Part shown: piece by piece, positions 8,988 to 17,773 of the stretch | Layout: every line of letters starts with the position of its first letter | Numbering within the stretch: the stretch's first letter is position 1 | Assembly: GCA_023231065.1 (NCBI GenBank) | Contig: JALNWE010000007.1 | Coordinates: 5,842 to 69,841, forward strand | DNA from: Bacteroidales bacterium | GTDB taxonomy: Bacteria; Bacteroidota; Bacteroidia; Bacteroidales; FEN-979 | Direction of reading: 5' to 3' | DNA: 64,000 bases | Program-made: the position numbers and the translations under genes | The notes under the pieces: generated by a model | Database searches by the model: none | Seen by the model: the letters and a program-made list of their open reading frames with translations, nothing else | Told to the model about the DNA's origin: nothing

Positions 8988-11552
8988 TTGATCCGGCCGA
9001 ACCTTCCTCCTCCACCTTGTAAGCCTCTCTTCAACGGCTTTTTTTTTCTACTTTTCCTGGCCTGCTTTTCCACTGCCGGGTTTACAGAGATCCCTCCCGG
9101 GTATTATGACGCCGTTACCGGAAAGAAAGGCGCTTCCCTCAAGACAGCCCTATACAATATTATAAAAGGCCACACGGCTAAATCGTATAATTATCTCTGG
9201 ACTGCTTTCCAGACAACGGATAATAAGCCGAATGGTACGGTTTGGGACATGTATTCCGATATTCCAAACGGGACACCCAATGGGGATCCACCCTATGAAT
9301 TCACATTCGGAACGGATAAATGCGGAAATTTTGACTCCGAAGGGGATTGCTACAACCGCGAACATTCTTTTCCAGCGAGCTGGTTCAACGATGCGACCCC
9401 GATGTATACCGATCTGTTCCATCTTTATCCAACTGATGGCTATGTAAATAACCGGAGGGGCAATTACCCTTTCGGTACGGTTTCGCCGCCCACCTGGACT
9501 TCCATGAATGGCAGCAAAGTTGGATCCTGCAGTTTCACGGGGTATTCCGGAACGGTATTTGAACCGCGTGATGATTTCAAGGGTGATTTCGCCCGCAGTT
9601 ATCTTTATATGGTGACCCGGTATGAGAACGTGGTTGCAGGATGGCACAGTAATAATAACAATGCCGAAGCTGTCCTCCAAAACAATTCCTACCCCGCTTT
9701 TGAAACGTGGTTTGTCAATCTGTTACTCACCTGGTGTGCAGCCGATCCGGTCTCGGCCAAGGAGATTGCCCGCAACGAAGCAGTGTATGCCATCCAGAAT
9801 AACCGGAATCCATATATCGATCATCCGGAATTTGCCAACGCGATATGGGCTCCGGAGACGGTCAAAGAAGAACCTTCCAATTTTCCAACCATTTTTACAG
9901 CCACCACGGAAGCTCCTTCATACACTACTATCACGCTTACCTGGGCCGATGCCACAGGGGCCGTGATCCCCGACGGATACCTGATCCGCGGAAGTACAAC
10001 GGGCTTTTCTGCTATCACAGCGCCAGTTGACGGTATCCCAGTTGACGATGGAGGCCTGGACAAAAATGTTACACCAGGAGTGCAAGCGTTAACCTTTTCA
10101 GGTCTAACCATCAATACCACCTTTTATTTCAAGGTATTCCCCTACACCAATCCAGGGGCCCTGATCAATTTTAAAACTGCAGGAACAGTTCCCCAGGCTT
10201 ATGTTATTACTTCTCCTCCTATTCCAGAGGTGTTTGATGTTTCCGGGAGCGGCAGCTATTGTGCGGGTGAACCAGGACTGACCGTCACATTAAGCGGATC
10301 GCAGACCGGTGTAAATTACCAGTTGAAAAAGAATGATATCAATGAGGAAGGTTTGGCGCCCGGTACAGGATCATCCATATACTGGCCGGGAATGCGGGCA
10401 GGTACTTATACGGTGGGGGCAACAAATGGTTATTATAGCGTGTCGATGAACGGAAGCGCCATCATTACTGAGACCATCCCTCTGCCAGTCAGTGTGAGTA
10501 TTATCCGCGATACCAATGACGTATGTGAAGAAACTACGGTCACATTCACTGCGGTCCCGGTCAATGGCGGAATGTCCCCCGGCTATCAGTGGTTTGTCAA
10601 TAGCGAAAATACCGGGACAAACGATTCAGTTTTCAGCTACATCCCGGTCAACGGTGATCTGGTAAACTGTTATCTTACTTCCGATGCCCCTTGTGTTTCT
10701 GGCAACCCTGCCACATCGGATACCCTTACAATAACCGTTAATCCACTACCTATAGAGGCCGGGGCGATAATGGGGCCTGACACCGTGCATCGCGATCAGA
10801 CAGAGGTTTTCTTTACCATTCCTGCAATAACAAATGCAACCGGTTATCTTTGGACACTTCCTTCCGGTGCATCCATAACCGGGGGAGAAAACACGAATAC
10901 CATTGAAGTGAACTTTTCGGATACTGCTTCTTCGGGAATTATCAACGTTCACGGAACGAATCTCTGTGGCAATGGCGTTTCATCCCCCGATTTTGAAATT
11001 ACCGTGAATTTAGCGATTCCAGAGCAATTGCAGGTAGAGGGCATTGTCACGGAAGGTCGGCTCAAATGCTATAATGCAACGCAGATTATTACCGTTGCAG
11101 GAAACGGAAAAACCTTTATCGTTCAGGAAGGTGGCATCGCCAGACTGATAGCAGGACAGAACATCATCTTCCTGCCCGGGACGACGGTAGAAGAAGGGGG
11201 TTATCTCCATAGTTATATCACCACGACCGATACTTATTGCGGCGATATGCCGCCGGCTTTGGTGGGCGCCTCAACAAAAGCACTTGACATTCCGGTCATT
11301 AAATCCAACAGCCCCTTCAGCGTTTATCCTAATCCCAACCAGGGTACATTTACGCTGGTTATGAGCGATGCGGGCCTTACTTCAACAGTGTACGCGGAAC
11401 TTTATAAGATGACCGGTGAACGGATCCTGCAACAAACCCTGACCGGCGAAACGCGGCATCAGTTTGACCTTCCGGGACAACCTTCGGGCATTTACATCCT
11501 GCGGCTTAGCAATAGCGACAGGACTGAGATCATCAAGATTATCAAACAGTAG
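8988..11552 (+). CDS. Extracellular endonuclease I family nuclease paralog fused to Fn3, Ig/PKD-like modules and T9SS CTD
   Basis: 854 aa. Same nuclease motifs (YNREHSFPASWF, DLFHLYPTDGYVNNRRGNYPFG, FEPRDDFKGDFARSYLYM, NNRNPYIDHPEF). Fn3 module. PKD-like module (ATGYLWTLPSGASITGGENTNTIEVNF...NLCGNG). CTD: SVYPNPNQGTFTL...GIYILRLSNS. TTG start inferred. Confidence 0.85.
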   Translation: MIRPNLPPPPCKPLFNGFFFLLFLACFSTAGFTEIPPGYYDAVTGKKGASLKTALYNIIKGHTAKSYNYLWTAFQTTDNKPNGTVWDMYSDIPNGTPNGDPPYEFTFGTDKCGNFDSEGDCYNREHSFPASWFNDATPMYTDLFHLYPTDGYVNNRRGNYPFGTVSPPTWTSMNGSKVGSCSFTGYSGTVFEPRDDFKGDFARSYLYMVTRYENVVAGWHSNNNNAEAVLQNNSYPAFETWFVNLLLTWCAADPVSAKEIARNEAVYAIQNNRNPYIDHPEFANAIWAPETVKEEPSNFPTIFTATTEAPSYTTITLTWADATGAVIPDGYLIRGSTTGFSAITAPVDGIPVDDGGLDKNVTPGVQALTFSGLTINTTFYFKVFPYTNPGALINFKTAGTVPQAYVITSPPIPEVFDVSGSGSYCAGEPGLTVTLSGSQTGVNYQLKKNDINEEGLAPGTGSSIYWPGMRAGTYTVGATNGYYSVSMNGSAIITETIPLPVSVSIIRDTNDVCEETTVTFTAVPVNGGMSPGYQWFVNSENTGTNDSVFSYIPVNGDLVNCYLTSDAPCVSGNPATSDTLTITVNPLPIEAGAIMGPDTVHRDQTEVFFTIPAITNATGYLWTLPSGASITGGENTNTIEVNFSDTASSGIINVHGTNLCGNGVSSPDFEITVNLAIPEQLQVEGIVTEGRLKCYNATQIITVAGNGKTFIVQEGGIARLIAGQNIIFLPGTTVEEGGYLHSYITTTDTYCGDMPPALVGASTKALDIPVIKSNSPFSVYPNPNQGTFTLVMSDAGLTSTVYAELYKMTGERILQQTLTGETRHQFDLPGQPSGIYILRLSNSDRTEIIKIIKQ

Positions 11553-11586
11553 CCAGCTTTATTAACAGGAGTTTCCCTGAGCAGCT

Positions 11587-13911
11587 CTATTTCAATTTCA
11601 GGATTTTGCCGGAAATCGTTCCGGTATTCAATTTGTAGTAATAGAACCCGGGGACTACCTCCATACCTGAAGTGGTCTTGCCATTCCAGCTATAAACAAG
11701 GGAACCATTATCCTGACTTATTGGTAACAGGGTGGCCAGCAAACGTCCGGAAGCATCATACACGGATAAAAAAGAATGGGCATTGCCTGCCTGTTCAATG
11801 GTTATCCCTACCCGGTCGGTGAAAGGATTCGGATAAACCGACGGTCCTCGGTCATTTTCGGTGATTGGTTTTCCGGTACCGGTGATGAGATCGGTTTGGT
11901 ATATCTGGAATCCGGCAAGACCATCGGCCAAATAAATATAATTTCCACTGACACTCACTCCCAGGGCAAAACATCCCGAACGGGAATAATACCCGTCAAT
12001 GACGGGGTTATTCGGATCGGAAACATTCACGATCTGGACACCTCCATTAATATAGTCCGCCAGAAACGCATGATTTTCATGGATCCTGATCTCCCGGGGT
12101 GCATCCGGTAATGATACGTAACCCAAGGCAACGGGGATTTGCTTCAGTGTGACATCGATCACTTCCATGCCTCCGTTTTGATCGGCAATATAGACGTAAT
12201 CACCAACAACATCAATGTCGTAAGGGTTGCTTAAAAGTCCGGTATAACGCGACACCTTAACCGGGTTAGCTGGGTCAGAGATGTTAAAAATATACAACCC
12301 TCGGGTATCTTCAGCTACAAAAGGACCGTAATCAACGAGATAGAGATAATCCCCTTCAATGTCAAGCGCCTGGACATAGCAATAGTCTTCACCGGGGACA
12401 GCGCCTGTGAACCATCCGAAAAAATGTTTGAACAGAACCGGGTTTACCGGATCCTGGAAATCAACGCTCCGTACCCCATCCCACCAGGTGGCCACATAGG
12501 CAAGCTGGTCTTTCAAAGCCAGATCCCAGGTCATGACCGGAGCCATATACTGTCCCAAGAAGCCAGGCTGAAGGGGATTCGAAATATCCATGATCATAAC
12601 CGGATTATTGGCTGCCATACTGGCGCGGATATATACCGCTTTATCCCCGGCTAATCTTATAATGCTACCATCGGTCGTGTCATATCCAACCTGAACCGGC
12701 TGGGTTTTGTCGGAGATATCAAAAACCCTGAAACCCTTATTTCCGGTATAGGCATAATTTCCGCTCACCTCTACATCCTGTGTATATAACGGCAGGGGAT
12801 AGCTTCCGGCAAAGACCGGGTTGACCGGTTCTGTAATATCAAGAATTGTACATGGTTGTGAGCTTCCGGTGAAAGCGACCACCGAGCCATTCCCGGTAAC
12901 ATATTCTGCATAACCGGCATAAGTGGAAAGGAATTGAGGACTGGTTGGTGTGGAAATATCCACTACATTGATCCCGCCATCGCTACTGCTTGCATTGGCT
13001 ATATAAGCATAATTACCGATCACTTTAATGCGGAAAGGATATCCCGGAATGGTCTTATAACCCACTTGGGTGATGTTGCTCAGGTTGCTGATGTTCAGGA
13101 TGCGGATCCCGAAGTTATACCCTACGCTATAGGCGTAGTTGCCTTCAACCCATACGCCAGTGGATATCATGCTGGAGCTGCCCGCGATTTTGGGATTGGT
13201 AGGATCGGATACATCCACTATCTTTAATCCACCATTACCAATGGCTACAAATATGTTATTTCCACTTTTAGCAGAATTCCAGGCAAAGTTGGTCGTAGAT
13301 AAGGGGCAATTCCCGGTATTGACAGGAGCGGCAGGATTACTGATATCAAATACCTGGACGCCGTTGGCAACGGTCACAACATATACATAATTGCCGGATG
13401 CAAAAATTCCGCCCCGTGGCAACCCCGATGTAGCCCCACGGCCAAGCCTGACGGGATCTGCATAATCGCTGACATCCCAGATTTCAAATCCGGAAAAATA
13501 TGTACACAGGTAAAGCCGGGAAGTGGTTTCATCAAAGTAGATGGCATCAACCAGGCCACGGGTATGAATTTCGCCCAGGTGAACCGGATTGGAAGGGATC
13601 GTGACATCCAGCACGATAACACCCGCACCGGAACCTACAAAAAGAATATTGCCAGGGCCATTACAGGAAATGTATAAACTCTGGCCTAGCGCCCAGGAAC
13701 CCACATAAGAAACATTCAGGGAATCAAATTCAAAGCGGTTTTCATCTCCGGATAATGGTTGTTGTAACGTAAAAAAGTTTACATTATCGGGCATGGAAAT
13801 TTGAACAGGCTGCCGTTCCAAGGGAGAACGGTCATCATGAGGAAGATACTGTGCGCCAGCCCAAAAAGGCAACAGCGACAGAAGACATAAAAAAAGTACC
13901 CGTGTTTTCAT
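11587..13911 (-). CDS. LVIVD-repeat beta-propeller protein with T9SS CTD
   Basis: 774 aa. Signal peptide MKTRVLFLCLLSLLPFWAGA. About 12 repeats of the GNY(A/V)Y(V/I)A...G..I.D(V/I)S.P..P type (LVIVD repeat). C-terminus VYPNPFTDRVGI...GFYYYKLNTGTISGKILKLK. Confidence 0.8.
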   Translation of the reverse strand: MKTRVLFLCLLSLLPFWAGAQYLPHDDRSPLERQPVQISMPDNVNFFTLQQPLSGDENRFEFDSLNVSYVGSWALGQSLYISCNGPGNILFVGSGAGVIVLDVTIPSNPVHLGEIHTRGLVDAIYFDETTSRLYLCTYFSGFEIWDVSDYADPVRLGRGATSGLPRGGIFASGNYVYVVTVANGVQVFDISNPAAPVNTGNCPLSTTNFAWNSAKSGNNIFVAIGNGGLKIVDVSDPTNPKIAGSSSMISTGVWVEGNYAYSVGYNFGIRILNISNLSNITQVGYKTIPGYPFRIKVIGNYAYIANASSSDGGINVVDISTPTSPQFLSTYAGYAEYVTGNGSVVAFTGSSQPCTILDITEPVNPVFAGSYPLPLYTQDVEVSGNYAYTGNKGFRVFDISDKTQPVQVGYDTTDGSIIRLAGDKAVYIRASMAANNPVMIMDISNPLQPGFLGQYMAPVMTWDLALKDQLAYVATWWDGVRSVDFQDPVNPVLFKHFFGWFTGAVPGEDYCYVQALDIEGDYLYLVDYGPFVAEDTRGLYIFNISDPANPVKVSRYTGLLSNPYDIDVVGDYVYIADQNGGMEVIDVTLKQIPVALGYVSLPDAPREIRIHENHAFLADYINGGVQIVNVSDPNNPVIDGYYSRSGCFALGVSVSGNYIYLADGLAGFQIYQTDLITGTGKPITENDRGPSVYPNPFTDRVGITIEQAGNAHSFLSVYDASGRLLATLLPISQDNGSLVYSWNGKTTSGMEVVPGFYYYKLNTGTISGKILKLK

Positions 13912-13925
13912 ATGGTATGTGGTTA

Positions 13926-15077
13926 TTAAATGGATATATGAGTGAAATTGAACAATATCCGAAATCCCATTTTCTTTAAGATATCGCCAGTGTTAACTGA
14001 ACTTCCGGTTATCCTTGCCTGAAATGCGGGGAATTCCCTTCTTAACGGATAAGCGCTGCGCTGCTGCTCGAATCCTTCGGGATCGGCCCTCAAACGCGAA
14101 TCATCCTCCAGGATATTGTATGTCTTCAAAACCGCTTCCCCGGCTATTTCTTCTGCCGTTTTTCCATTTCCGTCAATGTTGATAAGGGTTTCGACGGGTA
14201 AAGGGATGTCTGTGGGGAACCAATCTTTTAATGGCAGACCGAAATAATGTACCAGGGCCCTGACTACCATGGCTGTACCGGTAGCTTTGCCATCGGCAGA
14301 ATATCCCGCGATGTGCGGTGTGGCAATCGAAATGACCGACATCAACCCCGGATCAATATGGGGTTCATTTTCCCAGACATCCAATATGCCACCGGCCAAT
14401 TTTTTATTCCGGAGATATTCAGTTAACGGCGCCTGATCCACTACTTCTCCCCTGGAGGCATTGATCAGCCAGGCGGTCGGTTTCATCTGCCGGAACTGGT
14501 CCCTACCGATCAGGTGAAAAGTCTTGTCCATGCCATTAAAGAGCAAAGGAACATGCAGGGTGACGATGTCCGATTCCTGTAAAAGTTGGGGCAGGGATAC
14601 AAAATCGCCCTTCCCTTCCGCCCTTTCACGGGGTGGGTCGTTGAGTAAAATGTTCATCCCTAAGATCCGGGCTAATTGCTCAACTTTTGATCCGACATGT
14701 CCTACGCCAACAATCCCGATGGTTTTGTTTTTAAGATGAAAACCTTCCCGGCGGCTGAGGGTGAATAAGGCTGATGCAAGATATTGCTGGACAGAGGCCG
14801 CGTTACATCCCGGGGCATTGTTCCAGGAAATTCCATGGTCATCGCAATAACGGGTGTCAATGTGATCGTAACCAATGGTAGCGGTACCGATAAACCGGAC
14901 CGGGGTATCGCGAAGGATTTCCTTGTCGCACAGGGTCCTTGTCCGGATAAGTAAAGCATCGGCATGGGATACCACGCTATGCGTTATCGCGTTGGCAGGG
15001 AGGTACCGGATTTCGGCAAAAGGTTCAAGTACACCCCTAAGGAACGGAATATTCTGATCAGCGACAATCCGTATCAT
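13926..15077 (-). CDS. pdxB: 4-phosphoerythronate dehydrogenase
   Basis: 383 aa. N-terminus MIRIVADQNIPFL....IGTATIGYDHIDTRYCDDHGISWNNAPGCNAASVQQY and the GxGxxG motif GIVGVGHVG match PdxB-type 2-hydroxyacid dehydrogenases. Confidence 0.85.
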   Translation of the reverse strand: MIRIVADQNIPFLRGVLEPFAEIRYLPANAITHSVVSHADALLIRTRTLCDKEILRDTPVRFIGTATIGYDHIDTRYCDDHGISWNNAPGCNAASVQQYLASALFTLSRREGFHLKNKTIGIVGVGHVGSKVEQLARILGMNILLNDPPRERAEGKGDFVSLPQLLQESDIVTLHVPLLFNGMDKTFHLIGRDQFRQMKPTAWLINASRGEVVDQAPLTEYLRNKKLAGGILDVWENEPHIDPGLMSVISIATPHIAGYSADGKATGTAMVVRALVHYFGLPLKDWFPTDIPLPVETLINIDGNGKTAEEIAGEAVLKTYNILEDDSRLRADPEGFEQQRSAYPLRREFPAFQARITGSSVNTGDILKKMGFRILFNFTHISI

Positions 15078-15103
15078 GCTTTTGGTATCGAGTGCAACAG
15101 ATG

Positions 15104-15111
15104 CAAAGATA
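15104..15111 (-). promoter_or_regulatory. -7 promoter box TATCTTTG (pdxB)
   Basis: Minus-strand TATCTTTG, 26 nt upstream of ATG 15077. Confidence 0.5.
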
Positions 15112-15397
15112 CAAATCTTTAGGGCGGGTACTTTTTACCTGGGAAAACATAAAAATCAGATCGACGTTTACATCAATTTTATTTATCTAATTTTGAACTT
15201 GCGCTGAAAAGTTGGATCCTGGTAAATAAACCTTCCAGGTTTTTGTCAGCGAATATATGCCCGGTTTGATAAACACACCAAATCTATCGAATTCAAATCT
15301 GGAAGGTTTTTCAGGACAGTTTTAATTTTTAACGACCTGGCGGTGAACAGTAATTTTTCGGAGTGGACTCAGTTTTAACCTTTCAAAAATACCTGGA

Positions 15398-17602
15398 ATG
15401 AACGACGATAAACCGGCGCTTTTCATTACGCCACCTTTTACCCAGCTTAATACGCCATATCCCGCCACCGCCTTTCTGAAGGGGTTCCTGAATACTAAAA
15501 ATATAAAGTCAACACAGGTTGATCTGGGACTTGAAGTAATCCTGAGCGTTTTTTCCAGGGATGGACTGACCCGTTTATTTGACGGCATTGATCCGGGCGA
15601 TCCTAAGCTTACCGATAATTTCAGACGGATTTTAACCCTTAGGCATGAATATATTTCTACCATCGGTAATGTGATATCTTTCCTCCAGGACAAGGATCCT
15701 GCCATTGCCCATCTGATCTGCGGGCGGGAGTGGCTCCCGGAAGCGTCGCGGTTTGGAGGGATGGCCGACCTGGAAATGGCTTTCGGGGACTTGGGTATCC
15801 GGGACAAAGCCCGCCATCTGGCAACGCTTTATCTCGAAGACATCGGCGATCTGATCACCGGCATGGTTGATCCTCATTTTGGTTTCAGCCGGTACGCGGA
15901 GCGGTTGGGGCGCTCGCCAGCAACTTTCGATGAACTGGAACAGGAACTGAATAAACCGGAAAGTTTTTTCGACCATTACCTGATCGGCTTACTACAGGAA
16001 AAAACCGATCTGGTCCAACCCGGGTTGGTTGCCATCACCATTCCCTTTCCGGGCAATCTTTACAGCGCCCTGAAATGCGGTCAATGGCTGAAAAAAAACC
16101 GGCCTCAAATCCCGGTAGCATTTGGACGAGGCTACATCGGTACCGAACTCCGGTCACTCTCTGATCCCCGGGTTTTTAACATGACCGATTTTATTCTGTT
16201 GGATGATGGGGAAACGCCCCTGATCAACCTGTTGGAATACCTGCGGGGAAAAAGAAAAAAGGAAGAGTTGAAAAGGACTTTTCTGCGGGACGATGGAATG
16301 GTGGTGTTCTGTAACGGTTCGACTTCGCCTGATTGCCTTCCTGGTGATTCCGGAACTCCCGATTACAGCGATCTTCCGTTGGACCGTTATCTTCCGGTGA
16401 TCGAGATAGCGAACCCGATGCACCGGCTTTGGAGCGATGGGCGCTGGAACCGGTTGATACTGGCCCATGGGTGTTACTGGGCAAAATGTGCCTTTTGTGA
16501 TACAACTTTAGACTATATTCACCGGTATGTCCCCAACAAACCCGCGCAGATCTGCGACCGGATGGAAGCGATCATGGCACAGACCGGGAAGAACGGGTTC
16601 CATTTTGTAGATGAAGCGGCCCCGCCGGCATTGCTCAGGGAAGTGGCCCTGGAGGTCATACGCAGGGATCTGAATGTTTGCTGGTGGACCAATATCCGCT
16701 TTGAAACAAATTTCACCAGCGATCTTTGCCGGTTGCTGAAAGCTTCCGGATGTATTGCTGTTTCCGGGGGACTGGAGGTGGCTTCGGACCGGATCCTGAA
16801 GATGATCGACAAAGGTGTCAGCGTTTCCCAGGCGGTAAGGGTGGCGCGGAACTTTACTGAGGCTGGTATCATGGTCCATACTTACCTGATGTATGGTTTC
16901 CCTACACAGACAGCGCGGGAGACCATTGATTCTTTGGAGATCGTACGGCAACTTTTCTTTCATGGCCTGGTCCAGTCGGGTTTCTGGCATCTTTTCGCGA
17001 TGACGGCCCACAGTAAAGTAGGAAAACATCCGGAAGCGTTCGGTGTGGTACGAAAATCCTTTGATATAGCTCCTTTTGCCAATAATGACCTGAGCCACCA
17101 TGACCCACTGGGATGTGATCATGAGGCCTTTGGGGAAGGTTTGCGGAAAGCGTTGTACAATTATATGCACGGCATCTGTATTGACCGTCCGTTGCAGGAA
17201 TGGTTCGATTTTCCGATCCCTCCGGCAACGATAGCGCCAAAGTTCGTCGCGGGCTTGCTGAAGGCTGAAAGATCACAACCTGTCAATCCGGATGCACACG
17301 TGTTATGGCTTGGCGGACCCTGCTCAATCCGGGTATATCAACGGAAGAAAAAAGGAAAAATACATCCCTGGGCCACGGTCGTCATTCATAACCGGAGGGA
17401 GAATATAACCCTGTCGGGTCCCTCGAACCTTGGTCAATGGCTGTATGACAGGCTCCCGTCATTGTCGGCCAGAAACCGGAAAATTTTCACATTTAAGGAA
17501 CTAGAGCAGGATTTTTCACGGCATATCCCAATTGGCTTTGAATCGTTCCGCAAAGGTCCTGTAATGCACGCGTTACGCGACAACGGACTGATCCTGCTTT
17601 AG
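15398..17602 (+). CDS. B12-binding-domain radical SAM protein (large, 734 aa)
   Basis: N-terminal B12-binding-like start (LFITPPFTQLNTPYPATAFLKGFL). Cys cluster HGCYWAKCAFCD. Downstream radical SAM core (FHFVDEAAPP, ASGCIAVSGGLEVASDRIL). About 150-aa C-terminal extension of unknown type. Confidence 0.75.
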   Translation: MNDDKPALFITPPFTQLNTPYPATAFLKGFLNTKNIKSTQVDLGLEVILSVFSRDGLTRLFDGIDPGDPKLTDNFRRILTLRHEYISTIGNVISFLQDKDPAIAHLICGREWLPEASRFGGMADLEMAFGDLGIRDKARHLATLYLEDIGDLITGMVDPHFGFSRYAERLGRSPATFDELEQELNKPESFFDHYLIGLLQEKTDLVQPGLVAITIPFPGNLYSALKCGQWLKKNRPQIPVAFGRGYIGTELRSLSDPRVFNMTDFILLDDGETPLINLLEYLRGKRKKEELKRTFLRDDGMVVFCNGSTSPDCLPGDSGTPDYSDLPLDRYLPVIEIANPMHRLWSDGRWNRLILAHGCYWAKCAFCDTTLDYIHRYVPNKPAQICDRMEAIMAQTGKNGFHFVDEAAPPALLREVALEVIRRDLNVCWWTNIRFETNFTSDLCRLLKASGCIAVSGGLEVASDRILKMIDKGVSVSQAVRVARNFTEAGIMVHTYLMYGFPTQTARETIDSLEIVRQLFFHGLVQSGFWHLFAMTAHSKVGKHPEAFGVVRKSFDIAPFANNDLSHHDPLGCDHEAFGEGLRKALYNYMHGICIDRPLQEWFDFPIPPATIAPKFVAGLLKAERSQPVNPDAHVLWLGGPCSIRVYQRKKKGKIHPWATVVIHNRRENITLSGPSNLGQWLYDRLPSLSARNRKIFTFKELEQDFSRHIPIGFESFRKGPVMHALRDNGLILL

Positions 17603-17773
17603 CCTGGAACCCTTATTTTTTAGCTGCTTTCTTCTCCTTTTTTGCAGCGCGTTTTTCTTTTAAACTCTTGGTGGGCTCCTTTTTGTTTTCCTTTTTAACA
17701 CTCTTTTCTTTTCCCATGGCAGTTTAGTTTTAAGAAGGATAAAGGTACAAAGAATTTACGATATTCTTTATTA

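Noticed and set aside
15231-15306. Reverse-complementary octamers CCTTCCAG / CTGGAAGG, each followed by GTTTTT, in the pdxB / radical SAM divergent region
   Set aside because: The arms are short and 60 nt apart, which is within chance expectation. There is no supporting context.
16508-17170. 220-aa and related minus-strand ORFs inside the radical SAM gene (also 15322..15807, 15632..15976, 16902..17276)
   Set aside because: All are antisense or out of frame relative to a continuous 734-aa ORF with radical SAM motifs, and none has recognisable motifs.
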